This document shows positions 38,752 to 48,714 of a DNA stretch of 64,000 bases, one piece after another. This DNA comes from an uncultured Methanosarcinales archaeon (GTDB lineage: Archaea > Nanobdellota > Nanobdellia > Woesearchaeales > GW2011-AR9). Made by a program: the position numbers and the translations under genes. Position 1 is the stretch's first letter. Each line of letters starts with the position of its first letter. The notes beneath the pieces are model-generated. The model was not told the DNA's origin. It was given only the letters and a program-made list of their open reading frames with translations, and did no database searches. The stretch is taken from contig CAZCGN010000001.1 in NCBI GenBank assembly GCA_964498285.1, forward strand, positions 100,150 to 164,149, in the 5' to 3' direction.

Positions 38752-39474
38752 ATGCCAAAAGCCGCACCAAAAGAAGCAAAAAGAGGTTCTTTTCGAAAAG
38801 TAAGCACGAAAAAGTATCTTATAGCAGGCGTTATAACATTCCTTATTTTCTCGTTAGGACTTACGCTTGGAATGATTTTTGAAGAGCAACGATATAACTG
38901 GGCAGAAGATATTAATCAAGAACAAGATGTGAACTATCTAAGCTTACAGCTCCAGTTTTTGTATCTAAGTGCGCTTGAAGAAGAACAAAATTGTCCCGTT
39001 CTTTTAGGAACATTGCAGCAAAGTGTTGATGAGCTTGGTAAATCACTTTCCAAAATCTTAACGTTTGAGAAAGAAAACTCCATTAGCCAGAGTGATTATA
39101 AAACACTTGAAAGAAGGTATACACTTGATAATCTGCGTTATTGGATCCTAGCGGATCAAGCAAAAGAACAATGTGATTTAGATATAGCTTCAATCCTCTA
39201 TTTCTATTCTGATGATTGTGCATCATGTCCAGGACAAGGAACAATCCTTACCTATTTCAAAAAAGTCTTTGGTGAGAAAGTGCTTATTTTTCCAATCAAC
39301 GTGGATTTAGAAGACCATGAACCAATGGTGGGCATTGCAACATCTCTGCATGATATTCAAACTCTTCCAACTATCATCATCGAGGATGAAAAGTATGAAG
39401 GAATTGTAAAGAAAAATCAGCTCCAAACGATCATTTGTAACACACTTGAAGATACGCAAGAATGCCAAGCATGA
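38752..39474 (+). CDS. membrane-anchored thioredoxin-like protein (CxxC)
   Basis: N-terminal TM anchor. CASC active-site-like motif (YFYSDDCASCPGQ) in a thioredoxin-fold-like context. Confidence 0.4.
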   Translation: MPKAAPKEAKRGSFRKVSTKKYLIAGVITFLIFSLGLTLGMIFEEQRYNWAEDINQEQDVNYLSLQLQFLYLSALEEEQNCPVLLGTLQQSVDELGKSLSKILTFEKENSISQSDYKTLERRYTLDNLRYWILADQAKEQCDLDIASILYFYSDDCASCPGQGTILTYFKKVFGEKVLIFPINVDLEDHEPMVGIATSLHDIQTLPTIIIEDEKYEGIVKKNQLQTIICNTLEDTQECQA

Positions 39475-40934
39475 AACACGCAAGTTCACGGTGGATAAAA
39501 AGAAATAGATATCTAATTGGCATTCTGTTACTTGCAATTATTTTCAGATTGATTCTTCTTTCACGCAACTATGGTTTATGGTGGGATTCACATATCTACA
39601 TTGGTATGGGAAAATACCTTTCCTCAAACGGTGCAAGCGGTATATGGGAAGTCTTTCGTCCTCTTGGACTTCCCATTTTGCTAGGAAGCATATGGAAAGC
39701 CAATCTTCCTCTTCTTTTTATGGCAAAGCTGCTTGATCTTATCTTCTCAACCCTTGCAATCTATCTTGTATATGAAATTTCACACAAAGCATACAATAAA
39801 ACAGTTGCACTCTATGCAACTTTCATTTTTGCAACCATACCTTTGTTCATGCTCTATACTGGGCTTATTTTAACTGAACCCCTAACACTTGTGTTCGCCC
39901 TTCTTGCACTCAACTTATTCATAAAACGACGGGGTCTTAATCACCCTAACATTGTTCTTGCAACTTCTGGTATTTGTGCTTCTTTAGCTTTTCTTACAAA
40001 GTTTCCGGCAGGAGTACTTCTGCCTTCTTTTCTTATAGCTATCTTCTTGCGTAAAGGGCACCGTTGGCCCGATATTAAAACAAAAATACGTGACATTTTT
40101 GTTTTCACAATAAGTTTTATCATTCCAACTATTCCTTTTTTCATATTTAACCATAGAACATACGAACATGCATTCATTCCGCTTACAACTGGTTCTGGAA
40201 TCATTAACACATTTACCTGGCTGTATAACTCAAGTGCATTGTTCTATTTTACAGAATTCTTTTTACATAATTTTGTGTTCCTTTTAGTGCCAATTGCATT
40301 AATTTGCTTTCTCTATTACAAAGAGTGGAGAACAGAAACAAAAAGCGTGATTTACATAACAGCAATCCTTCTTTTTCTCTACTTTTGGCAAAGTGTTGCA
40401 CGAAAAGAAGTGAGGTACATGACCCTAACACTACCATTTTTTTCTATTATAGCAGCAAGCATGCTATCTTATGCATACTATAGTATAAAGAAGCAATCTC
40501 ATTGGGGTATACGGATTGGATCTTTTGTTGTCATAAGTATTCTTTTCATAGCAGCATCGCATCTTACAAGCTTTGAACAATTGCCGGCAACCCCTCAAGA
40601 TGGCATCATGCAAGATATTGTAGAATTGTATGATGAAAATGAATTTAATGGACCAATTTTTATTTCACATCCGTTCCTTTTAGCATATCTTGACAACACC
40701 GTGCTTCCTACAACGAGCGATAGTACAACCGCCAAAAAAGAATATGAAAGATTGCATGGAAGGTTTGAGACCATTATCTTACGAAGTTGTGATTTCCATT
40801 GTCAAGAAAATGATACGGATTGTCAAGGGAAAAAAGACTCTTTTCTAACCCAAATACGGCAAGAGAACACGCTCCTTTTTTCGCGTGGCTATGATACAAA
40901 TCAGTGTCAAGTGACAGTTTTCACTGCAAAATGA
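39462..40934 (+). CDS. GT-C-fold membrane glycosyltransferase-like protein, paralog 3
   Basis: Polytopic, first-loop motif GLWWDSHIYIGMG, ArnT/PMT_2-like layout. Confidence 0.5.
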   Translation: MPSMKHASSRWIKRNRYLIGILLLAIIFRLILLSRNYGLWWDSHIYIGMGKYLSSNGASGIWEVFRPLGLPILLGSIWKANLPLLFMAKLLDLIFSTLAIYLVYEISHKAYNKTVALYATFIFATIPLFMLYTGLILTEPLTLVFALLALNLFIKRRGLNHPNIVLATSGICASLAFLTKFPAGVLLPSFLIAIFLRKGHRWPDIKTKIRDIFVFTISFIIPTIPFFIFNHRTYEHAFIPLTTGSGIINTFTWLYNSSALFYFTEFFLHNFVFLLVPIALICFLYYKEWRTETKSVIYITAILLFLYFWQSVARKEVRYMTLTLPFFSIIAASMLSYAYYSIKKQSHWGIRIGSFVVISILFIAASHLTSFEQLPATPQDGIMQDIVELYDENEFNGPIFISHPFLLAYLDNTVLPTTSDSTTAKKEYERLHGRFETIILRSCDFHCQENDTDCQGKKDSFLTQIRQENTLLFSRGYDTNQCQVTVFTAK

Positions 40935-40976
40935 CACAAATGACCAAAAGATATATAAATAATATATTTTCTTCCT

Positions 40977-41627
40977 ATGCTTCTTATGACAAGTATCAAC
41001 CATAGTGTATGGAAATTTCTTGCTGAAGACATCAGTATTCAAAAAAATCTTGAACGAGGCCTTATTAACATTCGTGGCCTTGCACGATATTTGATTAAAG
41101 AGTTCGGCCTTCCTGCATCCATGGATGCGGTTATTAGTGCAATCCGCAGGTATGAAACAGAAGTTCTCTTTAGCAAAGAGAAAAAGCAGCTTGACTCATT
41201 ATTTACAGAAGCGAGGATCACAACAAAAGATAACGTTGCATGCATCACTCTTAAAGAATATGAGTTTGAAGCTATTGCAAACGACTTTGTAGGATCACAA
41301 ACTCTTAAGAAAAATTTTCGCCTTCTTAAAAGTAAAGAGAACGTGAAAATCTTTGTGAACCAGGACGATATTGAGGCTAAAAAAGCAGTATTCTCATCAA
41401 TGAATCTACTTAATGTAGCAACGGATCTTTCTGAGATTCGTATTTCAATGCCTGAAGAAGTTACTGAATGTGTTGGCGTTTTAGCACGTATCGGCCAAGA
41501 AATTGCGCTGCAAGAAGTTAATGTTGAAGATATTATCTCAGCACTTCCAGAATTCTTGTTATATGTAAAAAGCTCAGACATTATTAAAGCACATAAAGCG
41601 CTTGTGAATTTAACTGGTAAAGCCTAA
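40977..41627 (+). CDS. hypothetical protein
   Basis: 216-aa soluble ORF with no motif recognised. Confidence 0.35.
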   Translation: MLLMTSINHSVWKFLAEDISIQKNLERGLINIRGLARYLIKEFGLPASMDAVISAIRRYETEVLFSKEKKQLDSLFTEARITTKDNVACITLKEYEFEAIANDFVGSQTLKKNFRLLKSKENVKIFVNQDDIEAKKAVFSSMNLLNVATDLSEIRISMPEEVTECVGVLARIGQEIALQEVNVEDIISALPEFLLYVKSSDIIKAHKALVNLTGKA

Positions 41628-41664
41628 CACAAAACATAAAAACTTCAACATTCTTCTTTTTTGT

Positions 41665-42114
41665 ATGCAACAGAAATTTGTTCATATGATCTTTCGAGAT
41701 CTTACAACGTTTGGTGGAGAAATCTTCTATTTACTCGTATTAGCTCTCACATTTGTATTGCATAAAATGTCTCTTTTCTGGGATTTATTGTTAGGGAACC
41801 TTCTTGCAATTGCAATTGTTGTACTGATTCGACTTTTCTATTTCAAACCAAGACCAAATAAACAGACTTTTTCTAATCTAATTGAAAAAATCGATGCCTC
41901 GTCTTTTCCTAGTTTGCATACTGCAAGAATTTGGTTTCTCGCCCTTTCTTTTATGAGTTTCTGGGGATTTAGCGCGCGTGTTGTGATTTTACTAAGTGTA
42001 CTTGCACTTGTTACAACATACTCAAGAATTTATTTGAAGAAACACGATTGGTTCGATGTAAGTTTTGGTGTTGTTTTGGCAGTAGCATTGTATTTTGTTG
42101 TGCCAATGCTTTAA
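41665..42114 (+). CDS. PAP2-family membrane phosphatase
   Basis: KPRPNKQTF (KxxxxxxRP), SFPSLHTA (PSGH-like), SRIYLKKHDWFD (SRxxxxxHxxxD). Confidence 0.6.
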   Translation: MQQKFVHMIFRDLTTFGGEIFYLLVLALTFVLHKMSLFWDLLLGNLLAIAIVVLIRLFYFKPRPNKQTFSNLIEKIDASSFPSLHTARIWFLALSFMSFWGFSARVVILLSVLALVTTYSRIYLKKHDWFDVSFGVVLAVALYFVVPML

Positions 42115-42572
42115 CGTTTTCTCACCTTAATGAAATCGCCGAGAGTAAAACCTGCAGAAGACTTCTTAGATGGCATCGGAGCTTCTCTCTCACCCTTATC
42201 TTTTTGTTCACCTGCCTTTTGTAAAAGTGTAATGTGTAAAATTCTTTCTAACTTCTTTGCAGCAGTAATATTTGGCTTCATTATGCCAGCTTCCCATTTT
42301 TGTACAACACTTAGTTTTTCACAGCACAAATCTGCAAACTCTTTTTGAGTCATATTACGAGAATTTCTAGATTTTTGTAACAACTGAGCTGCTGAGGACA
42401 CCACACGTAAATCATCTCCTGGGCGTGGTGCAAAACTTCGCTTAGCACGAAACTTCGGCTTTACAAGAACTTGACCATATTTAGAACAATTGGTGCAAAG
42501 TTGCATGGTAGCTCCTTCAACTTTGGCTTCAACCAATGGCCCACTTTTCCCACACATCTCACATACTACCAT
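42111..42572 (-). CDS. archaeal MBF1-like protein (N-terminal zinc ribbon + HTH_XRE)
   Basis: CEMCGK...CTNCSKYG zinc ribbon. HTH: RNMTQKEFADLCCEKLSVVQKWEAG. Confidence 0.6.
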   Translation of the reverse strand: MVVCEMCGKSGPLVEAKVEGATMQLCTNCSKYGQVLVKPKFRAKRSFAPRPGDDLRVVSSAAQLLQKSRNSRNMTQKEFADLCCEKLSVVQKWEAGIMKPNITAAKKLERILHITLLQKAGEQKDKGEREAPMPSKKSSAGFTLGDFIKVRKR

Positions 42573-42709
42573 AAACCAGAATAAGCCAGAAATATGTTAT
42601 AAACATTTTGATTCTAAGTCAACTATTTTATTTGAATAATTTGTCCAACATCTTTAAATATCCCCTTATAAAAATCCATCCAGTGAGAAATGAAGAGGAT
42701 CCTGGACCA

Positions 42710-42961
42710 ATGGCATTAGCAGTTCTGGCATCAGCCAGCTTGGTTTTTGTAGCTTGGGCGTACTATCATTTTAGGGCTCAAGAGAATGAAGTTGAACCAG
42801 AACAGCCAATACAGAGTGGAGCTCTTCTGCCAGCCGAACTTGAGACAAGATGCTTCGAATATGTGCCTTTTCAACCCCTCTTCTTTGACAGGACCAGTAT
42901 TTTAGATGCTCAAGAAAGGCCCCATATAGCAAGTGTAGACCTTTCTTCATATCTTTCTTAA
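42710..42961 (+). CDS. possible small membrane protein
   Basis: Internal start MALAVLASASLVFVAWAYYHF. It lies in the divergent mbf1/adk intergenic zone. Confidence 0.25.
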   Translation: MALAVLASASLVFVAWAYYHFRAQENEVEPEQPIQSGALLPAELETRCFEYVPFQPLFFDRTSILDAQERPHIASVDLSSYLS

Positions 42962-42999
42962 CCACAATGTATAAAAACCCCTCATTTCTTCTAAAGAGC

Positions 43000-43614
43000 A
43001 TGAAACTGATACTTTTAGGTCCTCCTGGATCTGGGAAAGGAACCGTTACTGAAGCTCTTTTGGAAAAATACCCACAACTTAAGCATATCTCAGCCGGAGT
43101 TCTCCTCAGACGAGAGATCAAAAATGGAACTGAAATTGGAAAAGAAGTTAGGGCAATTGTTGAAAAAGGAGATTTAGTGCCTGCAGCAATCATTGCAAAG
43201 CTCATGTGTGGTGAAATTGGTGAGGCTGAAGGGTTTATTTTTGATGGGTTTCCACGAAGTTTAGATCAGATCCAATACATCGAACATATCGCGTTTGATA
43301 GGCTTCTCTCTTTAGAAGTGCCTGAAGAAATTGTTGTTGAAAGGTTATCTGCTCGCAGAATGGATCCTGAAACTGGAAAAATCTATAATCTTAAATTTAA
43401 GCCAGCGCCACCAGAAATCCAAGATCGATTAGTACAGCGAGATGACGATAAACCAGAAGCAATTAAAGAGCGATATCGAGTGTTTGTAGAAAACACACAA
43501 CCGGTGATTGACTTTTTTACACAAAAAAGTCTTGTAACTGCAATTGATGCTACAAAACCAATCAAAGAAGTGCAACAAGTAGCACTGGACGCTGTAAAGA
43601 ATATTTCTAACTAA
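43000..43614 (+). CDS. adk: adenylate kinase
   Basis: P-loop ILLGPPGSGKGT, NMP-binding region, LID. Confidence 0.85.
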   Translation: MKLILLGPPGSGKGTVTEALLEKYPQLKHISAGVLLRREIKNGTEIGKEVRAIVEKGDLVPAAIIAKLMCGEIGEAEGFIFDGFPRSLDQIQYIEHIAFDRLLSLEVPEEIVVERLSARRMDPETGKIYNLKFKPAPPEIQDRLVQRDDDKPEAIKERYRVFVENTQPVIDFFTQKSLVTAIDATKPIKEVQQVALDAVKNISN

Positions 43615-44623
43615 GTAACTGTTTTACAACCATTGTTGCATAATTCCCTTTTGTAAGTGTAAATGTAAGTATCAGTTTCTTTTTCTCTTCATTTAATTCA
43701 TCATCTTCCAAATTAGAAACTGTCAGGTCTTTAATTTCCTGAACTACCTTTCTTTGAGCACCTTCACAACTTAAACCAGGAATCTGTTTAATGATAAAAT
43801 CTTCTTGTTCAAGATCTTCTTCATCCAAAAGTGTCTCAACAATTTCCCTTACTCTAACATCAACTTTCTTTAAATCAGTAAAAAATCCTACAAGAGGAAT
43901 TTCTAGATTTAAATATTGAGACAAATCTGATACAAATACAAATTCACCTGCTGAGTATGATACTCGAGAAACTTCTTTTTCCTTAGACTCAAAATATCGT
44001 GCAACTGTTTCATTCCACAAATAACTTTGATACGCATGAACAAAGAGTAGCAATAATTTTTTAGGAAGTGTTCGCAAAGCGCCAACAAAATCAGTTGAGA
44101 CTTCTTGTAAATGATCTATAACACTTCCACTATCAATCAATTTTGCTGCCTTTTTGAAATCTTTTTTGACAATTGCTCTTCCAATTGCAACATTATTTCT
44201 AGAGAAGCGCTGCTCATCAAAGTAGTTGACAAAATGTGCTTTTTTTGCAACTCTCTTATTTGTAAAATTTCGAACAGTTATCTCGAATTTATTCCCAACT
44301 AAATCTCCCAGGCTTAATGGCTCATTGCCATATCCTAAAACTGTAATTTTTATCCTGTCAAAAGCAATAGAGTCTAATCGTTCTTTTTTTACTCCATAGA
44401 CAGAACATACTTGTTCAGTTACAGCATGCCTGTCTTTTGTTCCAGCATAGCCAAAATTCTTTAAAGGGACATGAAGTGCAAAGGAAATTTTCTTGATAGC
44501 ATCTAACGTGTTCCAATTAGTTTTTGTAAGCCTAAAATAGAGATATTTGCCCTCTTCTTTAAAAGTAATAGTGGAGATCTCTCGTACAATGAAATCTTCT
44601 GGAATTTGTTTAAGTATGTACAT
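43607..44623 (-). CDS. truD: tRNA pseudouridine synthase TruD/Pus7
   Basis: N-terminal PEDFIVRE and catalytic GTKDRHAVTEQ motif. Length 338 aa. Confidence 0.6.
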   Translation of the reverse strand: MYILKQIPEDFIVREISTITFKEEGKYLYFRLTKTNWNTLDAIKKISFALHVPLKNFGYAGTKDRHAVTEQVCSVYGVKKERLDSIAFDRIKITVLGYGNEPLSLGDLVGNKFEITVRNFTNKRVAKKAHFVNYFDEQRFSRNNVAIGRAIVKKDFKKAAKLIDSGSVIDHLQEVSTDFVGALRTLPKKLLLLFVHAYQSYLWNETVARYFESKEKEVSRVSYSAGEFVFVSDLSQYLNLEIPLVGFFTDLKKVDVRVREIVETLLDEEDLEQEDFIIKQIPGLSCEGAQRKVVQEIKDLTVSNLEDDELNEEKKKLILTFTLTKGNYATMVVKQLLS

Positions 44624-44704
44624 ACCCTCTTAGATTTAGGATGGTTATAAAAACATTTTCCACACTCGTTAAGCTTTTATATAAGAACTGGGTTACAAGA
44701 GAGC

Positions 44705-45613
44705 ATGACATTTGATTATGCACTTATTACAAAGTATGTTGAGGGCAAAGCCAAAAACAAGTTTGAAGCGCTGTACGAGCATTTAGGTGAATTTTTGGAG
44801 CAGACTGCTGCTATTCTCTCAGATGTGGATCGAAGAGTCAAGCTTGTAAGGATAATTCCGTGGGAAAAAATGAAACGTGATATACTGGCTAAATCTGTTC
44901 GAGGAAATCTTAGCGGTGCAAGAGCTGGCCTGACCGCATATAACAGAATGTTTGGACGTGTCGATTTGTATTTAGGCCTTATGTCTTCAGAATTTAATCT
45001 TCCACGCTTTCTTAAAACTAATGGGGTTCCTGCAACTGAACTCCCTTTATTTAAAAAACTCTTACGCCAAGATTGGAGATTTACATATGGAACCCACATT
45101 GAGCGATTTAGGGCAATACATCCACTTCTTGATAGGCTAAGAAAATCGCTAGAAGCTCAAGTGAGATATTTAGAAAAAATGGAACATGACACACTCTTTG
45201 ATGCTCTTGATGACAAAGAAGCCCTTGGTCCATTATTCGAAGAAGAAAAGAAGGCATTTTGGGAACTCTACAAAACTTGTCAGATAACTGTAGAAGAGGT
45301 TTCTAAACCGCAAGCAGCGCTCCAAGCAGAAACAAAAAGAATGAGAGAAGCTCTAGCAGCATACAAAAGATCACTCGAATCTGGTCTAGAAAAAGATAGG
45401 AAAATGGCAAAACGAAGAGTCGAAGAAGCATTTATTCTTCTCACATACTTTACTGGAATTGTTGGGCTTGTAAGTGGTGTTCCAATCAATTTACTTAAAG
45501 GCGCGAAAGGAAGAATTTTTGGTTTTCTTTCAAATAAGATTCTTCGCGGGAAAAAACTCTCTGCAGAGGGCATAGCACTTCAAAGACAAGCGTTTGGGTT
45601 TCTTGGAGGATAA
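44705..45613 (+). CDS. hypothetical helical protein with C-terminal hydrophobic/amphipathic segment
   Basis: 302-aa ORF with no motif recognised. Confidence 0.4.
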   Translation: MTFDYALITKYVEGKAKNKFEALYEHLGEFLEQTAAILSDVDRRVKLVRIIPWEKMKRDILAKSVRGNLSGARAGLTAYNRMFGRVDLYLGLMSSEFNLPRFLKTNGVPATELPLFKKLLRQDWRFTYGTHIERFRAIHPLLDRLRKSLEAQVRYLEKMEHDTLFDALDDKEALGPLFEEEKKAFWELYKTCQITVEEVSKPQAALQAETKRMREALAAYKRSLESGLEKDRKMAKRRVEEAFILLTYFTGIVGLVSGVPINLLKGAKGRIFGFLSNKILRGKKLSAEGIALQRQAFGFLGG

Positions 45614-45618
45614 AACTT

Positions 45619-45849
45619 CTACTCAACCTTCTCAAACCGTTTCATAACTTTACCATCTCTTTCGACCGTTTCTAAGAACATAGCAAGAGGTCGTACCCAC
45701 ATAGACCCTTTGGGTTTCTCTTGAAATTCTTCGAGTTTTTTGTAGACAACCAATCTCTCAAGTGTTTCAGAATGCTGCGCAACTCCAATGACCTCAACAA
45801 GTGCGCCCTTAAAGTGTTTATACACCCCTAATGCAACTTCTTCCATCAT
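45619..45849 (-). CDS. DUF1653-like small protein
   Basis: YKHFKGALVEV...AQHSETLERLVVY pattern. Confidence 0.4.
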   Translation of the reverse strand: MMEEVALGVYKHFKGALVEVIGVAQHSETLERLVVYKKLEEFQEKPKGSMWVRPLAMFLETVERDGKVMKRFEKVE

Positions 45850-47150
45850 GGCTTGTAGCGTTCCATAGTTCGCGGAAACGGGATTGTATCTTTAATATTC
45901 TCTAAATCACAAATCCATCTGATTACTCTTTCAACACCAAGGCCAAATCCACCGTGCGGAACAGAACCATAGCGTCTTGTATCCAAATAGAATTCGTATT
46001 CCAAAGGATCTTCACCATCTTCAACTAAGCGTGCCTTTACCTTTTCAATATCATGCTCTCTGTGAGATCCGCCAATAATCTCGCCATATCCTTCGGATGC
46101 TAAAAAATCACAGCCTTGCACCACTTTTGAATCATCAGGATCTTCAGTCATATAAAATGCTTTTACCTTCTTAGGGTAGTGCGTACAAATCACTGGAACA
46201 TCATAGAGTTTTGTTAATTTCTCCTCTTCAATAGTTCGAAGATCCTTGCCCCAAGGCACATTCATTTTACATTTCTCTTTAAGAATTTTAAGGGCTTCTG
46301 TGTACGTCATACGAACAAACGGCTTTGTAACAACTGGTTTTAGTTTTGAGATATCTCTCCCCAGAGCTTTAAGTTCTGTAGCATTCGTATCTAGCACCGT
46401 TTTTACAATATGTTTTATGAGCGCTTCACCATGCGCGATAATTTGATCAAAATTAGCCCATGCCATTTCCATTTCAGCATGCCAGTACTCAGTTAAATGA
46501 CGCGAGGTTTTAGATTTCTCTGCACGAAAGGAGGGTGCGATTGTATAAATATTTTCAAGCCCAAAAATGGCTGGTTCTGCATAGAGTTGCCAGGTTTGTG
46601 CTAAAAATACTCCTTTTTTACCAAAATAATCAACATTAAAGAGGTCAGATCCACCTTCACATTGTACCGCTTGAAAAATCGGGGAATGATATTCATAAAA
46701 ACCCTGTCCTTTGAAATATTCATCAATTGCACCAAAGACTGTTGATCTAATCTTTAAGATGTTAATCATTTTTTGGCTACGAAGATGCAAGTGTCTGTTA
46801 TCTGCCAAATGTTCAATGGATGTATCTTTTGTTATAGGAAATTTATCAGATGTTCCAACTATCTCAAATGAGGCTACCTGCAACTCGTACCCTGTTGGCG
46901 CTCGTTTATCTTCTTTTATTTCACCAGTTAGCATTAGGGAAGTTTCAACTTGTATATGGTCAATTGCGTCCCACTCCTTCTCAAAAGAATCACGTTTAAA
47001 GATACATTGAAGAAGGCCCGTTGAATCTCTAAGAACAATGAATTTGAGTTTGTTTGAGCCACGTTCTCTGTGCACCCATCCTCGAATGCAAACAGCACCC
47101 TTGCCCACATCCATTGCAGACTGTATTGAGATATACGTTGGTTTTGCCAT
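45846..47150 (-). CDS. asnS: class IIb aminoacyl-tRNA synthetase, most likely asparaginyl-tRNA synthetase (AspRS not excluded)
   Basis: N-terminal OB anticodon-binding domain. Motif 2 FRAEKSKTSRHLTEYWHAEMEMAW, GGSHREHD (AsnRS-like GGSxRE), motif 3 GFGLGVERVIRW. Confidence 0.7.
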   Translation of the reverse strand: MAKPTYISIQSAMDVGKGAVCIRGWVHRERGSNKLKFIVLRDSTGLLQCIFKRDSFEKEWDAIDHIQVETSLMLTGEIKEDKRAPTGYELQVASFEIVGTSDKFPITKDTSIEHLADNRHLHLRSQKMINILKIRSTVFGAIDEYFKGQGFYEYHSPIFQAVQCEGGSDLFNVDYFGKKGVFLAQTWQLYAEPAIFGLENIYTIAPSFRAEKSKTSRHLTEYWHAEMEMAWANFDQIIAHGEALIKHIVKTVLDTNATELKALGRDISKLKPVVTKPFVRMTYTEALKILKEKCKMNVPWGKDLRTIEEEKLTKLYDVPVICTHYPKKVKAFYMTEDPDDSKVVQGCDFLASEGYGEIIGGSHREHDIEKVKARLVEDGEDPLEYEFYLDTRRYGSVPHGGFGLGVERVIRWICDLENIKDTIPFPRTMERYKP

Positions 47151-47250
47151 AAATTTTTACTAGCAATCAGCCCTATAAAAAGCTTTCTTGTGTATAGCTA
47201 TATCTTCTGAGCAAAGTATATAAAAAGGATTTGACTTTTTTAAGGGGTAT

Positions 47251-47424
47251 GGGCCCGTAGCTTAGCCTGGATACCGGAACTCCTCTGCTGGATTTAGCGG
47301 TAAGGCAAATAGAGCAGTTCCCTCCTACTTCAATGCCAAGGCACAATAGGCCTTGCTTGAGGCAAGTAAGGAAAAGATCGGGGGTTCGAAACGTCTATTT
47401 GACACGAAAGTCCTCCCGGGCCCG
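47251..47424 (+). tRNA. putative multi-intron tRNA (hand parse: tRNA-Arg CCU with three introns)
   Basis: Perfect 7-bp acceptor GGGCCCG...CGGGCCC plus discriminator G. Canonical D-arm UAGCUUAGCCUGGAU..AGAGC is interrupted by about 38 nt. Anticodon stem-loop GUUCC-CUCCUA|intron of about 41 nt|A-GGAAA. T-arm GGGGG-UUCGAAA|about 20 nt|CCUCC. Spliced length about 75 nt. Confidence 0.45.
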
Positions 47425-47559
47425 CATTTAACTTCACGAGCACTCAAGATCCAATGACGAACCCTATGAGTAGACCCAATATGGGATTATCGAAGTAGGC
47501 TGAGGATGAGTATTGCTCTTAGCATTCCACAACATTTATAGAATTCTTCAACTTTCCAC

Positions 47560-48672
47560 TTGCTAATGACGTCCCTCATCTTCTATTTAACACAAGGCCC
47601 TCGAGTATTCTTAACGTCCTGGAAAAATAGGTTATTTCCAAAAAAGTTTGAAGGAGATGCTAAAGAGATCTGCCAGGCTATTGTTAAAACATGTTGGAAG
47701 GGAAGATACTTCCAGACATCTTCCACGAACTTCCCCCAATTCTGGGCACGAGACTTTGGATGGTGTATTAAATCATTAATTGAACTTGGGTACACAAAAA
47801 AGGTACATAAGACACTTCGTTACGCACTCAACCTCTATAGAAAGTATGGAAAAGTCACAACAACAATCACTCCACAGAATACACCATTTGATTTTCCTGA
47901 GTTTGGAGTAGATTCACTTCCGTGGCTTATTCACAGCATTGTTGCATCATCTTTTAATTACAAACCATACAAAGAGTTCCTAAACAGAGAAATACGAAAA
48001 TTCAAGGAGCATGTTGTAGACGAAAAAACAGGTCTTGTAAAACCAGACGAACACTTCTCATCTATGAAAGATTTTTCTCTTCGTAAAAGTTCATGCTATG
48101 ATAATTGTATGGTTGCAATGCTTGCAGTAGATTTGCATAAAACAACACTACACAACCCATTTGCAAAGAAAAACGCAACCCAAACCCATAGTTTCTATGC
48201 AGACCTGATCTATAAACACTTTTGGAGTGGCGAATATTTCTACGATGATATAGAAATGAAAAAATATGTTGCGGGTGATGCGCAAGTTTTTCCACTTATT
48301 TTGGGCTTTATTGAAGATGAAAAAGAGATACAATCTATGATCAAAGCAGTTAAAGAGAATAATCTTACAAATCCTCTGCCACTCAGGTACACAAAAGAGC
48401 GGCACATGGCAGAATTTATTCCACAAGAATGGATCTTTTTTCGAAACTATGAAGGTGATACGTCCTGGACCCATATGGGACCATTATGGATTAAAGCGAT
48501 TAAAAAGTATGATCCTAAACTTTCAGAAAAATACAAAGAAGCATACACTAAACATATCGAAAAGGAGAAAGCTTTCTGTGAAGTTGTAAGAACTGATGGT
48601 AAACCCTTTCGGACACCATTCTATTACTCTGATCGAACCATGCTTTGGGCATGCAACTATTTGACTCTCTAA
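47560..48672 (+). CDS. putative (alpha/alpha)6-barrel glycoside hydrolase (GDE_C/GH63-like)
   Basis: FPQFWARDFGW resembles the GYPWFxxWGRD motif of glycogen-debranching-type hydrolases. Length 370 aa. The start may lie downstream. Confidence 0.35.
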   Translation: MLMTSLIFYLTQGPRVFLTSWKNRLFPKKFEGDAKEICQAIVKTCWKGRYFQTSSTNFPQFWARDFGWCIKSLIELGYTKKVHKTLRYALNLYRKYGKVTTTITPQNTPFDFPEFGVDSLPWLIHSIVASSFNYKPYKEFLNREIRKFKEHVVDEKTGLVKPDEHFSSMKDFSLRKSSCYDNCMVAMLAVDLHKTTLHNPFAKKNATQTHSFYADLIYKHFWSGEYFYDDIEMKKYVAGDAQVFPLILGFIEDEKEIQSMIKAVKENNLTNPLPLRYTKERHMAEFIPQEWIFFRNYEGDTSWTHMGPLWIKAIKKYDPKLSEKYKEAYTKHIEKEKAFCEVVRTDGKPFRTPFYYSDRTMLWACNYLTL

Positions 48673-48714
48673 GGCTCGCAAGCTTTATAAAAAACTCTTC
48701 TTCCTAAAGCATCT

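Noticed and set aside
42771-43205. 144-aa minus-strand ORF overlapping the adk start region
   Set aside because: Overlaps the well-supported adenylate kinase P-loop frame. No motif. Likely spurious.
47430-47559. Non-coding 130-nt stretch after the multi-intron tRNA as a separate ncRNA (for example an SRP or RNase P fragment)
   Set aside because: Only short local hairpins (for example CCCAATATGGG) were visible and no conserved ncRNA signature was recognised. It may simply be the 5' leader of the downstream gene.
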